Below, in pieces: positions 49,101 through 58,791 of a stretch of 64,000 nucleotides of DNA. The notes beneath the pieces are model-generated. The model was not told the origin of the DNA. It made no database searches and worked only from the letters and a program-made list of their open reading frames with translations. Both the position numbers and the translations under genes were made by a program. Position 1 is the stretch's first letter. Every line of letters begins with the position of its first letter. The stretch is from Sphingobium sp. (GTDB lineage: Bacteria; Pseudomonadota; Alphaproteobacteria; Sphingomonadales; Sphingomonadaceae), in NCBI GenBank assembly GCA_017744605.1, contig JAGIAZ010000002.1, positions 95,373 to 159,372 of the forward strand, given 5' to 3'.

Positions 49101-49317
49101 TCCCCTGCAGTGATTGCTCGATGATCTGGGTGACGCTGGTTTCCACGGTTTCGGCCGAGGCGCCCGGATAATTGGCGCTGACCTGCACCTGCACCGGCGC
49201 AATATCGGGATATTGCGCGACCGGCAGGTTGAGCACGCCGCCGATGCCGCCGAGCATGACGATGATCGCCAACACCCAGGCGAAGATCGGCCTGTCGATG
49301 AAAATACGCGAGATCAT
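46105..49317 (-). CDS. RND efflux permease (AcrB/HAE1 family)
   Basis: FIDRPIFAWV, GMLVDDAIVVVEN, KNAILMIEFA, RLRPILMTS. Confidence 0.95.
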   Translation of the reverse strand: MISRIFIDRPIFAWVLAIIVMLGGIGGVLNLPVAQYPDIAPVQVQVSANYPGASAETVETSVTQIIEQSLQGIDGLLYFSASSTASGGVGISATFTKGTDPDIAQVQVQNQIQSVIARLPQPVQQRGVVVRKSNPDQLLTVAVYDKTDKMSFRDISDYLSSNLQDPIGRIDGVGNTNVFGSPHAMRIWLDPNRLASFQLMPADVISAITAQNNEVAAGIIGDQPAAPDQYLTATVRAQSRLQTVEQFSNIILKTTADGATVKLSDVARVEMGSDGYGINIHVNGHNGAGVSINLAPGADALTTAELVKARVAEMSKQFPPGLTYAFVNDSTDFIKLSIKEVAWTLFEAIILVVLVMFLFLQNWRATLIPSIAVPIVLLGTFGILFALGYSINTLTLFGLVLSIGMLVDDAIVVVENVKRLMEEDPNLSARDATIESMREITMALVAIALVLSAVFVPMAFFGGSVGVIYRQFSVTLVSAMLLSIAVALVLTPALTAHLLKQAPQGDNEAQPGWFDRHAPWLMRPLRRFGDGFNRRFAGAVQRYLKAVKGMVDRKARPLLIYALVVALLVFLFHRLPTGFLPVEDTGIATVTFQLPAGATINRTAQVQKAIEDYVNKYESKNAKTFFTIAGSSGGGGANGQNVGRGFMALNPWDERPGRENTAQAITQRATRALSGLRDAEVFAVLPPTVRGLGQANGFTIELLNSGNLSRQDFAAARDQLLAAARSDPTLAAVRLSELPSQPTLDVKMDYSKLTALGLNIGDVNNTLSTAWGGRYVNDFVDAGRVKRVWVTGDAPYRSKPEDLGQWQVRGSNGQMAPFSAFATIGWSSAPSSLSRFNGIQSYEFSGQSAPGYSSGDAMDAFEKLAAQIPGTSIAFSGLSYQERMSSGQAPILYAISLLVVFLFLAALYESWSIPIAVVLIIPLGLIGAVLAVTLRGLVNDIFLQIGLLTTMGLAAKNAILMIEFAEQAEKRGERIIDAALEAARLRLRPILMTSMAFICGVFPLAISSGAGANSRIAIGTAVVGGMLTAMFLAIFYIPLFFVIVRRTTRDVLKMMHAKLAERRARRSAAL

Positions 49318-49324
49318 CGCGCGC

Positions 49325-50527
49325 TCAGCGTGCCTGTCCGGGTTGTCCCGGGCCGCCGGCCCCACCCCTGGCGGGAGGCCCGACGTGCTGCGGCGCGCTC
49401 GCGGGCACCGGCTTGATCGCCTGGTCAGGCTTCAGATTGTTGGTGCCCTGGACAATGATGCGTTCACCCGGCTTGAGGCCTTCCGTCACGACCCAGTTCG
49501 GGCCCTGCGTGCGCGGCGCGACGATCGACCGCAGCTCGGCCTTGTTGCCGGCGCCGACGATCCAGACCTGGGGCTGGCCCTGCGTGTCACGCTGGACGCC
49601 CGCCTGCGGCACCAGGAACACGCCGCGCTGCGTTGCCTGGGCAAGCCGTGCGCGCACGAACATGCCGGGGAGCAGCAGTCCGTCGGGGTTGGGGAACTGG
49701 GCGCGCAGCGTGACCGTGCCGGTCCGCTCATCGACGATGGTTTCGGCGAATTGGACACGGCCGGAGAGGCCATAGTCGGTGCCGTCCTCGAGCTTGAGCT
49801 TCACGTCGGCCGCGCCGCCGTCATTCTTGCCGAAGGAACGGCGCAGCGCGATCAGTTGCGCGGCGCTCTGCTGGATGTCGACATAGATGGGGTCGAGCTG
49901 GTTGATCTGCGCCAGCGCCGTCGCCTGATTGGCCGTGACCAGGCCGCCGTCCGTGACCAGCGAGCGGCCGATGCGGCCCGTAATCGGCGCGGGAACCGAC
50001 GTGTAGCGCATGTTGATGCGCGCGGTGTCGAGTTGCGCGCGACGCTGCGCGACAGCGGCGCTGGCCTGCCGGTAGGCGCCCACCGCGTTGCTATAGTCCT
50101 GTTTGCTGACCGCCTCGATCGCGGCGAGCGGCTTGTAGCGCTCGGCGACCGCGCGCGCGGCTTCCTCATTGGCGAGCGCACTGGAGAGGTTGGCCGTCGC
50201 TTCGGCGAAGGCGGCTTGGTAAGGCCGGGCGTCGATCTCGTAGAGCGGCTGGCCGGCGCGGACGAGCGCGCCTTCGGTGAAGAGGCGGCGCTGGATGATA
50301 CCGTTGATCTGCGGCCGCACATCCGAGGTGCGATAGGCGCTGGTCCGTCCCGGAAGCTCCGTCTCGACAGGCACGTCCGCCTGGTTCGCCACCACGAAGC
50401 CAACCGATTTGGGCTTGCTGTCCCGATCAGGTCCGCCTTGCTTCTTGCCGCAGCTCGAGAGCGCAAGGCCGAGCAGCAAGATGGCTGCTCCGGAGGCAAT
50501 AGGATTCCGGCGTAGGAGACGTTGCAC
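49325..50527 (-). CDS. RND efflux periplasmic adaptor (AcrA family)
   Basis: LSSC lipobox, ELPGRT, VRPQINGII, APITGRIG, LLPGMFV; GTG start inferred. Confidence 0.92.
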   Translation of the reverse strand: MQRLLRRNPIASGAAILLLGLALSSCGKKQGGPDRDSKPKSVGFVVANQADVPVETELPGRTSAYRTSDVRPQINGIIQRRLFTEGALVRAGQPLYEIDARPYQAAFAEATANLSSALANEEAARAVAERYKPLAAIEAVSKQDYSNAVGAYRQASAAVAQRRAQLDTARINMRYTSVPAPITGRIGRSLVTDGGLVTANQATALAQINQLDPIYVDIQQSAAQLIALRRSFGKNDGGAADVKLKLEDGTDYGLSGRVQFAETIVDERTGTVTLRAQFPNPDGLLLPGMFVRARLAQATQRGVFLVPQAGVQRDTQGQPQVWIVGAGNKAELRSIVAPRTQGPNWVVTEGLKPGERIIVQGTNNLKPDQAIKPVPASAPQHVGPPARGGAGGPGQPGQAR

Positions 50528-50765
50528 GTTGACTTTTTCCGAAGGAGGGCTTTCGAGACTAGTATCGAACACAGACTGATTGGTCCACCCTGTCAAGTTG
50601 TTAGTAAGCTATTGAGTGAGGCTTGCATGCCTTTAAGGTGCATAATGCGGGTCGGGCTTCAGCCCTATCAGCGATTATGCGTATAAGGCCGGTCGAATCG
50701 CACACTGTCCGGGACAGTCAAGATACACCGGCGAGATACACCGGACGGAGCGAAGGGCGGAGATT

Positions 50766-51248
50766 TTGGTCGATCCACGGCATTTCAGGACGGTTCTCGG
50801 CAGCTACCCGACCGGTGTCAGCGTCATCACCTCCGTTTCGGACAGTGGCGAGCGCTGGGGTCTTGCCGTCGGCACATTCACGGCCATCTCGCTCGATCCC
50901 CCGCTGGCCGGCTTCATGCCTGACAAGCGCTCGACCAGCTGGAAGCAGATCGAGAAGACCGGCGCGTTCTGCGTCAATATCCTGGCCGCAGCGCAGCTCG
51001 ACATGTGCAGGCGCTTCGCCGCGCGGGGCGGCGACAAGTTCGACGGCGTCAGCCATGGCCACAGCCCGGGCGGCCTGCCGCTGCTCGACGATGTGCTGGC
51101 CTGGGTCGAATGCGGTATCGAGAAGGTCATCGAGCTGGGCGATCATGTGCTCGTGGTCGGTGCGGTGCGCGCGCTGGAACGGGTGAGTGACGGCACGCCG
51201 CTGCTCTTCCACGGCGGCAGCTATCACACGCTGAACAGCCTGGATTAA
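50766..51248 (+). CDS. Flavin reductase family protein
   Basis: FRTVLGSYPTGVSVIT, SLDPPL, FCVNIL, GDH, PLLF. Confidence 0.9.
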   Translation: MVDPRHFRTVLGSYPTGVSVITSVSDSGERWGLAVGTFTAISLDPPLAGFMPDKRSTSWKQIEKTGAFCVNILAAAQLDMCRRFAARGGDKFDGVSHGHSPGGLPLLDDVLAWVECGIEKVIELGDHVLVVGAVRALERVSDGTPLLFHGGSYHTLNSLD

Positions 51249-51718
51249 GCGCTTCTTCCGAACGGCAATATCGCTTCCAGTTCGGCGAGCGGGGGCTTGC
51301 CGGCGATGCGCCGGCCCTGCCGCATCAGGAAAACGTGACGCACAATCTCGGCCTGTTGCTCGATGCCATAGCGTGCGAACGGCTTTCCGGGCTCGAACTC
51401 ATAGTCATAGCGGCAAAAGGGGTGGCGGCGCAGGATCAGGCTGATACCCGACTGATGCTGCCAGACATGGACCATCTCGTGGATGAAAAGCCCCTGGTCG
51501 TCGAGATCGCCCGCGCCGAAGCAGGCGCGGTAACAATGGCTTTCCGGATGGAAATGAATGTGGCCGCGCGGCGCCATGACGATATTGCGGGGCTGGAACG
51601 GCCACCAGCGCCGGCGCAGGATCCGCACCTTGCCGAGATCGATGGCGGTGCCGAACATGCCGGCGGCGAGCGCGCGTTCGGCGGGGGTCAGTGCGCGGTT
51701 GGCGGGAGCGTCAGCCAT
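51245..51718 (-). CDS. Small HExxH protein ('vgr-related'/DUF4157-like)
   Basis: RALTPAE, MAPRGHIHF, FIHEMVHVWQHQ, YGIEQQAEIV. Confidence 0.75.
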   Translation of the reverse strand: MADAPANRALTPAERALAAGMFGTAIDLGKVRILRRRWWPFQPRNIVMAPRGHIHFHPESHCYRACFGAGDLDDQGLFIHEMVHVWQHQSGISLILRRHPFCRYDYEFEPGKPFARYGIEQQAEIVRHVFLMRQGRRIAGKPPLAELEAILPFGRSA

Positions 51719-51764
51719 TCACGCAACATAGGAGGATGGCCGGTGGGGGCAATGCCGGCCAGGT

Positions 51765-51956
51765 TCAGTGCATTGCGGCCATTGCCGTGTTGACGGCCTG
51801 TGCGGTCTCGGCGGCGGTTTCGGCGTTCGGCGCGACCGCATCGTCCGTCTTGCCCTGCTCGCCCGCGAATTCGATGGCCGTGAGGCACATCAGCCCAGCC
51901 CAGGCCAGTGCCATCCAGCGGCTGGTGAAGAGCGAAGACAGGCGAACGCCGAACAT
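51765..51956 (-). CDS. Small membrane hypothetical protein
   Basis: 63 aa; LFTSRWMALAWAGLMCLTA TM segment and acidic tail. Confidence 0.55.
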   Translation of the reverse strand: MFGVRLSSLFTSRWMALAWAGLMCLTAIEFAGEQGKTDDAVAPNAETAAETAQAVNTAMAAMH

Positions 51957-52098
51957 GCCTGCATTGTGCCACCGTGCCGTTGCCGAAGCGTGAGCGGGGC
52001 TGGTTAAGGCGCCGGGGTGCCCCGCATATTGCACGATGGGCGCAATCACCACCTCCCGCCGGCTTTCGCCATGACGGGAGGTTGTGTTGCAGGCTCGC

Positions 52099-55000
52099 TT
52101 AGAACGCGACTGCGAGCGAGAAGCTCACATTGTAGTTCGGCTTGCCCTTCGTCTGCTCGAGGCCGCCGGCCAGGGTCCAGGTATAGTCGAGGCCGCCGGA
52201 CAGCAGGCGGACTTCGCTGATCCAGGCGCTGTCGAGCTTGTCGGGCGTGATGGTGAAGTTGGCGCCGTTCGCGAAATGCGCGGTCGTATCGCCCAGCGCG
52301 CCGCCGATGATGTTGCGGCGGCCGCCTTCCCATTCGATGGTGAGCGGGATGCCTTCCTTGGTCCGCGGGCCGAAGCGATAGATGCCGGTCAGCGTCGTCT
52401 TGGCGCTGTACGACGTGCTGGTCCGCGGTGCGACGGTGAGGTCGATGGCGTCGCTGCCGTTGGTGAGGGCGGCACCGGTTTCGGTGTAGCCCTTTTCATG
52501 CAGGCGGTAATAATCGAAGATCACCATCGGCTTGAGACCGACGCGGTCGTCCAGGTCGAGCTCGTAGGAGGCGCCGGCCGAAGCGGAATAGAGACGGCCG
52601 TTCCACTTCGCCATGGAGTCGCGCTTGAACGCGGTGTTGGTCGAGTCGGCACCCACGAAGATCCGCGTGCTGTCGAACTTTGCCAGCGCCACGCTGCCGC
52701 GCGCGAAGGCATAGAAGGGGCCGTCCGAGCTTGTCCGCCAGAACGCGCCGAGTTCATATGCATTGGCGTCGATCTTGTGGTTGGCGTTTTTCTTGTCCTT
52801 GTTCGAACCCGACATGTAGTTGAACGTCAGGCCGACATGGCCGAAGCCCACCTCGCGCTCCAGGCCCATCGAGAGGCCGAAGCCGCTCGTCTTGTAGCCG
52901 GATGTGCCGGTGTTCAGCTTGGAGCCGTCCCACTTGATCGGCTCGAGCCAGCCGCCGAGCTTGCTGATCTCGAACACGGAGTTGTTGTTGGCCAAGTGCC
53001 GCGTGGCGAGACGCGAGCCCTGCGTCAGCAAGTCGAAATTGCCGCCGGCATGGTCGGGCAGCAACTGGTTGAACTGGCTCTGCAGGGTGGGAAGGTCGGC
53101 GGCCCCAAGCAGGCTCTGCGCCACCTGCACGTCCGCCGGCGCCGCCGCGAGGATGGCATCGAATGCTTGCGACTGCGCGCGGTTCAGGCCCACTTCGGCG
53201 GCGGTCTTGCGGGCGATGGTCAGCTGGATGTCCTTGCCGGTCGACGAGAGGCCGAGCGACCCCTTGAACAGGAAGGGCAGCAGCGTCTGGTCGCTGGAGA
53301 GCGCCGGCATGCCGGTGAGCGTGTTGGCGGACAGGACCGTGTAAGTGCCGGCTGCATCGAGGAGCGAATTGATGCTCGCCGAAACCTTCGAGCCCGTGGC
53401 GAAGGTCGCGGAATCGACGATGAACTTCTTGTTGCTATGGTTGGTCGTGTCGAGATCGACCTTGATCGTGCCATTGGCGCCAACGTTGAGCGTCTTGATG
53501 TTGACGTCTGCCGTGCCGCCGGCCTCGAGCGTGCCGCCGTTCACATTGACCGTCAGATTCGAGCCGCCGGTGATGTCGCCCCTGAACAGGGCCGTGTCGC
53601 CCAGCGTGATCGTGGCCGGCGCATTGTTGAATATCGCCGTGCCGATGAACTTCGATGTGTTGGCCAAGCTGACCGTTGCCGTGCCGGTGCCGAAGTCGGC
53701 CTTGCCGCCGTAAATGGCGTCATTGCTCAGCCTGAGCGTATTATTGCCGCCGCCCAGGAACAGGTTGCCGGCGATCGTGCCGCCCGTGGCGGTGATGGTG
53801 TCATCGCCGGAACCGGTGATGATGTTTCCGCTGATGCCGCTCAGCGTCGTCGTCGCCGCGCCGGATGCTGTGCCTGCGGGCGCGGACTGGTTGATCGTGA
53901 CGCCGGTGGTGTTTTTCCGTAGGTCGATCGCGAAGGTGGCGATGTCCTGCGCCGTACCGTTGGCGGCGATGGTGCCGCTGTTGTTGATCGTCGTCAGCGT
54001 GCCCGAGAGATCAAGAACGCCATAAGAGAAACCCCGACCCGGTGACGAAATCGTCGCCCGGATGGTGCCGGAGTTGTCGAGCACCGGCACGCTGCTGCCA
54101 GCATTGATCACGATTGCCGTTGCGCCCTGATCGATCGTGGTCGCGATGACGGCGCCGGTCACCTTGATGCCGCCGGTCACGGTGACATTGCCGCCGAGGC
54201 CGCCAATCTGCAGCGCGGTCGCATTGTTGCTGCTGTAAATGGCGTTGCCGTTGATCGAGCCTGCGACCACGAGGCCGTGGCCGTCGCCCGCAACAGCACC
54301 GAGCGTGGTGTTGCGCGACGCATTGCCGACCAGCAGGGCCGGACCGTTGCCGGAGGAAGTGATCGCGCCGGTGGTCTCGAGATTGTCGGCGACGCCGTCA
54401 CCATCCGCATCCGGGTTGGTCGCGCTCGTCGTCGGCGCGGCCGCTACCACGATACCGCCCGCCACATTGCCCCCGACAGAAACGGCCGGGGCACCGACTG
54501 AGAGGTCGCCACGGGCCAAGCTCACGGTCTGGCCATTGTCGTCCGTGAATGTGCTCGACTGGCCGACCGCATTGGCGATGCGCACATAGCCGCCGACGTC
54601 GCCGCGAATGTCGACGGCACGGGCGCCGTTGCCGACAACGGTTGTCGCGCCGCCGATCACGACGTTGCCGCTGACGCCCTGCGTGCGGATGCCCACGCCA
54701 TTGTCCCCACGCACCTTGGTCGCGCCGCCAGTGAGCAGCGATCCGGTCAGGTCACCGTCGAGCTTGAGGCCGGCGGAGTCGAGACCCTCGACCGAGATGC
54801 TGCCGGTCTGCAGGATATTGCCGGTATGGGCGCCGCGCACCCAGATGCCGGTGCGGTTGTTGGCTTGCGCAATCTTCCCGCTGACAACGTTGGTGCCTTC
54901 AAAAACGGGGGATGTGAAAGTCTCCGCGATGTTGATGGTGCCGGTGTTGGTGATCACGCCGTTGGTGCCGGCAGCGACGTCGATGCCGATCGATCCGTCC

Positions 55001-55251
55001 GCTGCGCCCTGCGTGATCGTGCCCGCGTTGGTCACGGCGTTGTTGCTGTCGACAGTCACGGCAGCGCCGCCATTGACCGTGATCGAGCCGGTGCTCGTGA
55101 TGTTGATGTCGGCTGCCGAGCCGTTATTGGCGGTCGACGTCCTCACCGGCGTCGTGGTGGCCGTGCTGATCGAAACCTGGGCGGCAGCATGGCCCGGCGT
55201 CAGCAGGAGGGCGATCGGAGTGAGGCAGGTCGTCGACTTCAAGATGCGCAT
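52099..55251 (-). CDS. Autotransporter (type V) protein
   Basis: Signal peptide, G/T/N/A-rich beta-helix-like passenger, QLLPDHAG linker, C-terminal barrel ending LAVAF. Confidence 0.88.
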   Translation of the reverse strand: MRILKSTTCLTPIALLLTPGHAAAQVSISTATTTPVRTSTANNGSAADINITSTGSITVNGGAAVTVDSNNAVTNAGTITQGAADGSIGIDVAAGTNGVITNTGTINIAETFTSPVFEGTNVVSGKIAQANNRTGIWVRGAHTGNILQTGSISVEGLDSAGLKLDGDLTGSLLTGGATKVRGDNGVGIRTQGVSGNVVIGGATTVVGNGARAVDIRGDVGGYVRIANAVGQSSTFTDDNGQTVSLARGDLSVGAPAVSVGGNVAGGIVVAAAPTTSATNPDADGDGVADNLETTGAITSSGNGPALLVGNASRNTTLGAVAGDGHGLVVAGSINGNAIYSSNNATALQIGGLGGNVTVTGGIKVTGAVIATTIDQGATAIVINAGSSVPVLDNSGTIRATISSPGRGFSYGVLDLSGTLTTINNSGTIAANGTAQDIATFAIDLRKNTTGVTINQSAPAGTASGAATTTLSGISGNIITGSGDDTITATGGTIAGNLFLGGGNNTLRLSNDAIYGGKADFGTGTATVSLANTSKFIGTAIFNNAPATITLGDTALFRGDITGGSNLTVNVNGGTLEAGGTADVNIKTLNVGANGTIKVDLDTTNHSNKKFIVDSATFATGSKVSASINSLLDAAGTYTVLSANTLTGMPALSSDQTLLPFLFKGSLGLSSTGKDIQLTIARKTAAEVGLNRAQSQAFDAILAAAPADVQVAQSLLGAADLPTLQSQFNQLLPDHAGGNFDLLTQGSRLATRHLANNNSVFEISKLGGWLEPIKWDGSKLNTGTSGYKTSGFGLSMGLEREVGFGHVGLTFNYMSGSNKDKKNANHKIDANAYELGAFWRTSSDGPFYAFARGSVALAKFDSTRIFVGADSTNTAFKRDSMAKWNGRLYSASAGASYELDLDDRVGLKPMVIFDYYRLHEKGYTETGAALTNGSDAIDLTVAPRTSTSYSAKTTLTGIYRFGPRTKEGIPLTIEWEGGRRNIIGGALGDTTAHFANGANFTITPDKLDSAWISEVRLLSGGLDYTWTLAGGLEQTKGKPNYNVSFSLAVAF

Positions 55252-55590
55252 CTGGAGGATCCGTCAGTAGAAAGGGGGGCAGGGCAATCCGGTCGTCCGG
55301 ACCAGGTCATGGGGCGGGACGGTTAAGACTGTTTGCATGCAAGAGCAAGCGCGCGCCGCGCGTTGCGCGCGAACCGGCCTGGGTTCGGCCGCGATTGCCT
55401 CGACTCATCATGTCCCCTCCGTCATCCGCAGAATGTCTATTCCGCTTATATTCGCATTATATTCTCAGGGCCGCGTTGGGCGATTCGGCATGAACCGCAG
55501 GTGAAGCGGACGGACCGCGCGATCTCACGCGGAAAAGGCGCTGCGCCTTTGCAGGCGAAGGCGAAGACGGGAGAGGATCGAGAGAGGAAT

Positions 55591-55664
55591 TGGATGCCCG
55601 ACGAGGATTCGAACCTCGATTAGCGGAGTCAGAGTCCGCTGTCTTACCTTTAGACGATCGGGCA
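55591..55664 (-). tRNA. tRNA-Gln(CTG)
   Basis: TGCCCGATCGTCTAAAGGTAAGACAGCGGACT-CTG-ACTCCGCTAATCGAGGTTCGAATCCTCGTCGGGCATCCA; cloverleaf with encoded CCA. Confidence 0.95.
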
Positions 55665-55840
55665 TCGAGAGCGCGCGCAGATAGCCCTGCGGCCCCCATG
55701 GGTCAAGCGCTTTACGGTGGGCTCCTTGCCAGATGGTTACCGGCGATTGACTGCAAAACTTGCACCGCGTCCTGCGCCCGACTAGCAAGGGCCCAAGTCC
55801 CGGCGGAACAGCCCGCCGGTCATGGAAGGCTCGAACGGAC

Positions 55841-56938
55841 ATGTCGCATCAGGCGACCACCGGATCGCGTGCCGGGGATCGTTCGCCGGCCACGATGCAG
55901 CAGCAGCGCAGGGTCTCCGATTCTGCTCCGCAGGGTGTGATGGCGCGCGGCAATCTGGCCGCCCTCGACCTCGGCACCAATAATTGCCGCCTCCTCATTG
56001 CCCGGCCGGAGGGCGAAGGGTTCGTCATCGTCGATGCCTTCTCGCGCATCGTGCGGCTTGGCGAGGGGCTCGCCGCGAACGGGCGGCTTTCGGACGCGGC
56101 CATCGAGCGCACCATTTCCGCGCTTTCCGTCTGCGCGGAAAAGCTGCGCCGCCGCCGCGTCGTGCTGGCGCGCTCGGTCGCGACCGAAGCCTGCCGGCAG
56201 GCGGCGAACGGCGCCGAGTTCGTCGAGCGCGTCTATGGCGAGACCGGCATCAAGCTCGACATCATTTCCGCGCGCGAGGAAGCGCGGCTGGCCGTGCTCG
56301 GCTGCCAATCGCTGCTCGAGCCGGGCGAGGGCCCGGCGCTCATCTTCGATATTGGCGGCGGCTCCACCGAATTGGCGCTGCTCGCCGAAGGTGCGGCCCA
56401 TGGCCCCGGCGCCGCTATACTCGACTGGGAAAGTGCGCCTTGGGGAGTCGTCTCGCTGACCGAGACCGTCGGCGGTCATGAGGGCAGCGCGGAGGGGCGG
56501 ACCGCGGCCTATGCCGCGATGCGCGAGACGATGCGCAAGGCTTTTGCGCCGTTCGCCGCGCGCCTGCCAGCCCATACCAGGGTACGCCTGCTGGGCACGT
56601 CCGGCACGGTCACGACGCTCGCCACCGTATTCCTCGGCCTGCCGCGCTACGATCGCGCCGCGGTGGATGGGCTGATCGTGCCCGCTGCCGAGATGCGATC
56701 GATTGCCTCGCGCCTGGCCGGCATGAGCATGGCTGAGCGCAAGGGGCTGCCGTGCATCGGGGAAGAACGCGCCGATCTCGTCGTGGCCGGCTGCGCGATC
56801 CTCGAATCCATTCTCGACATCTGGCCGGCCGATCGGTTGGGGGTCGCGGATCGCGGTATCCGTGAAGGCATCCTGCGCGGCCTGCTCGACAGCAACAGCC
56901 TCAAGCGCGGGCGCCGGCGCGTCGGAGGCCAGCCATGA
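55841..56938 (+). CDS. ppx: Ppx/GppA family phosphatase (start may be 55940)
   Basis: DLGTNNCRL, VATEACR, EEARL, DIGGGSTE, ERADL, GIREG. Confidence 0.9.
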   Translation: MSHQATTGSRAGDRSPATMQQQRRVSDSAPQGVMARGNLAALDLGTNNCRLLIARPEGEGFVIVDAFSRIVRLGEGLAANGRLSDAAIERTISALSVCAEKLRRRRVVLARSVATEACRQAANGAEFVERVYGETGIKLDIISAREEARLAVLGCQSLLEPGEGPALIFDIGGGSTELALLAEGAAHGPGAAILDWESAPWGVVSLTETVGGHEGSAEGRTAAYAAMRETMRKAFAPFAARLPAHTRVRLLGTSGTVTTLATVFLGLPRYDRAAVDGLIVPAAEMRSIASRLAGMSMAERKGLPCIGEERADLVVAGCAILESILDIWPADRLGVADRGIREGILRGLLDSNSLKRGRRRVGGQP

Positions 56939-57612
56939 CGCGCGGCACCGGCGCCGGCCGCACGCGCGTCAAGACGGCACGCAACCGCTCGGCCCAGTCG
57001 ACGCGCTGGCTCGCCCGGCAACTCAACGATCCCTATGTGAAAAAGGCGAAGGCGGAAGGCTATCGCAGCCGCGCGGCCTATAAGCTCATCGAACTCGACG
57101 AGAAATTCGGGCTGCTGAGGGGCAGGAAAGCGATTGTCGATCTCGGTGTCGCGCCGGGCGGCTGGGCCCAGGTCGCCCGCAAGCTGGCACCCCATGCCGC
57201 CGTGGTGGGCATCGACCTGCTGCCCGTCGAACCGCTGGCGGGCGTCGTCCTGCTGGAGATGGACTTCATGCTGGACGAGGCGCCCGACCGGCTGATCGCC
57301 GAGCTGGGACGCGCGCCCGACCTCGTCGTCTCGGACATGGCCGCCAACACCGTGGGTCATGCCCAGACCGATCATCTGCGCACCATGGGCCTCGTCGAGG
57401 CGGCGGCGGACTTCGCGATCCGGACGCTGGTGCCGGGCGGGGACTTCGTCGCCAAGGTGTTCGCCGGAGGCACCGACACGAACCTGCTGGCGATCCTCAA
57501 GCGCAACTTCACGACCGTGAAGCACGCCAAGCCGCCTGCCAGCCGCAAGGGCTCGGTCGAATGGTATGTGGTCGCGCAGGGCTTCAAGGGGCGCGGCGAA
57601 AGCGAGGACTGA
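56935..57612 (+). CDS. rlmE: 23S rRNA Um2552 methyltransferase
   Basis: YRSRAAYKL, DLGVAPGGW, SDMA, KP.ASR..S.E. Confidence 0.95.
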   Translation: MTRGTGAGRTRVKTARNRSAQSTRWLARQLNDPYVKKAKAEGYRSRAAYKLIELDEKFGLLRGRKAIVDLGVAPGGWAQVARKLAPHAAVVGIDLLPVEPLAGVVLLEMDFMLDEAPDRLIAELGRAPDLVVSDMAANTVGHAQTDHLRTMGLVEAAADFAIRTLVPGGDFVAKVFAGGTDTNLLAILKRNFTTVKHAKPPASRKGSVEWYVVAQGFKGRGESED

Positions 57613-57685
57613 GCGAACCCGGTTGGTCCGTTGCAGGACAGGGGCCAGGCCATTGCGATGGCGAAGACCGCCCTGACGTAACCGA

Positions 57686-58222
57686 TCAGCCCGGCCGCCA
57701 GCTCTTCCGCTCTTCGGCGAGCCGCAGCACGTCATAGGCGGCCTGGATGGCCTGGAAGCGGGCGGCCGCTTCGGCGTCGCCGGGCTTGAGGTCGGGATGG
57801 CATTGCTTGGCGAGGGTTCGCCAGCTGCGCTTCACCGCCTCGAAATCGGCGTCGTTTTCGAGACCCAGCACATCGAGCGCGCGCATTTCGTCGCGCGAGC
57901 GGGTGCCGTCGCCAGGGCCGCCCCATTGATGGTGCGCGCTTTGCCGATAGCCGGAGGCGTCGCGCTGCTCGTCATGCATGCGGGCGTTGCGCTCTTCCTC
58001 GTCGAGGCCCGCGAAATAATCCCAGCCGCGATTATATTCGGCGGCGTGATCCTGGCAGAAATACCAGCGGTCCGGGCTGTTGGGCGATTTGGGCGCGGGA
58101 CACTCGCCGGGCCTGTCGCAGCCGTGCCGGTCGCACAGGCGTACCGTCTGCGCTTCGCGTGCGGATCCATAACCGCGCCAGCGCGGAAAGCCCCAATCCG
58201 AAGTTCGACCTGCTCGTGCCAT
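57686..58222 (-). CDS. J-domain protein with N-terminal Cys/His cluster
   Basis: CDRHGC..APKSP..FCQDH..YN..WDYF; C-terminal HPD motif. Confidence 0.88.
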   Translation of the reverse strand: MARAGRTSDWGFPRWRGYGSAREAQTVRLCDRHGCDRPGECPAPKSPNSPDRWYFCQDHAAEYNRGWDYFAGLDEEERNARMHDEQRDASGYRQSAHHQWGGPGDGTRSRDEMRALDVLGLENDADFEAVKRSWRTLAKQCHPDLKPGDAEAAARFQAIQAAYDVLRLAEERKSWRPG

Positions 58223-58328
58223 ACATCCCAACTGTAACGCGCGCCCGCTGCGACGCAAATCCGTTCGCCTGCGTTGCGATTATTCATCGGCTCCGGGCCG
58301 GCGCCGCTCGCCGCACCAGCGGATATTT

Positions 58329-58749
58329 GCCAGGCGGCCTGTAAGCCGGGTTCTGTCCTCCGGCCGCCGTATCCTTGCGGACGCTCGGCCGGATGGGCGA
58401 TCATTCCTCTAGGGCACGCATTGCTGCGGGCCTCAAGCAACCAACCCGGGCGACTGGGCCGAAACATGCCCCGCAGCCGAAGCCGCACGCCGCCCCTATT
58501 CGGTCTTGCTCCCGGTGGGGTTTACCTAGCCGCGTCCGTTACCGTCCGCGCGGTGCGCTCTTACCGCACCTTTTCACTGTTCACGGGGCCGAGGCCTGTC
58601 GTGACCTGCTCTCTGTTGCACTGTCCCTGATCCCGGCCGGGATCGCTCCGGGCCGAGACCGCCGGACGTTATCCGGCACCGTTGTTTCGTGGAGCCCGGA
58701 CTTTCCTCGCCGGGTCCGAAAACCCGCCGCGATCGCCCGGCCGCCTGGC
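58329..58749 (-). ncRNA. rnpB: RNase P RNA (type A)
   Basis: Minus strand GAGGAAAGTCCGGGCTCCA ... CAGAACCCGGCTTA; terminal P1 pairing GCCAGGCGGCC/GGCCGCCTGGC. Confidence 0.95.
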
Positions 58750-58791
58750 GAAGGGGGCATATAGGCGCTCGCAAGCGCGCCGTCACCCCCA

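Noticed and set aside
44699-55590. Genomic island integrated at tRNA-Gln
   Set aside because: No integrase, no duplicated tRNA 3' end noticed, and GC looks host-like
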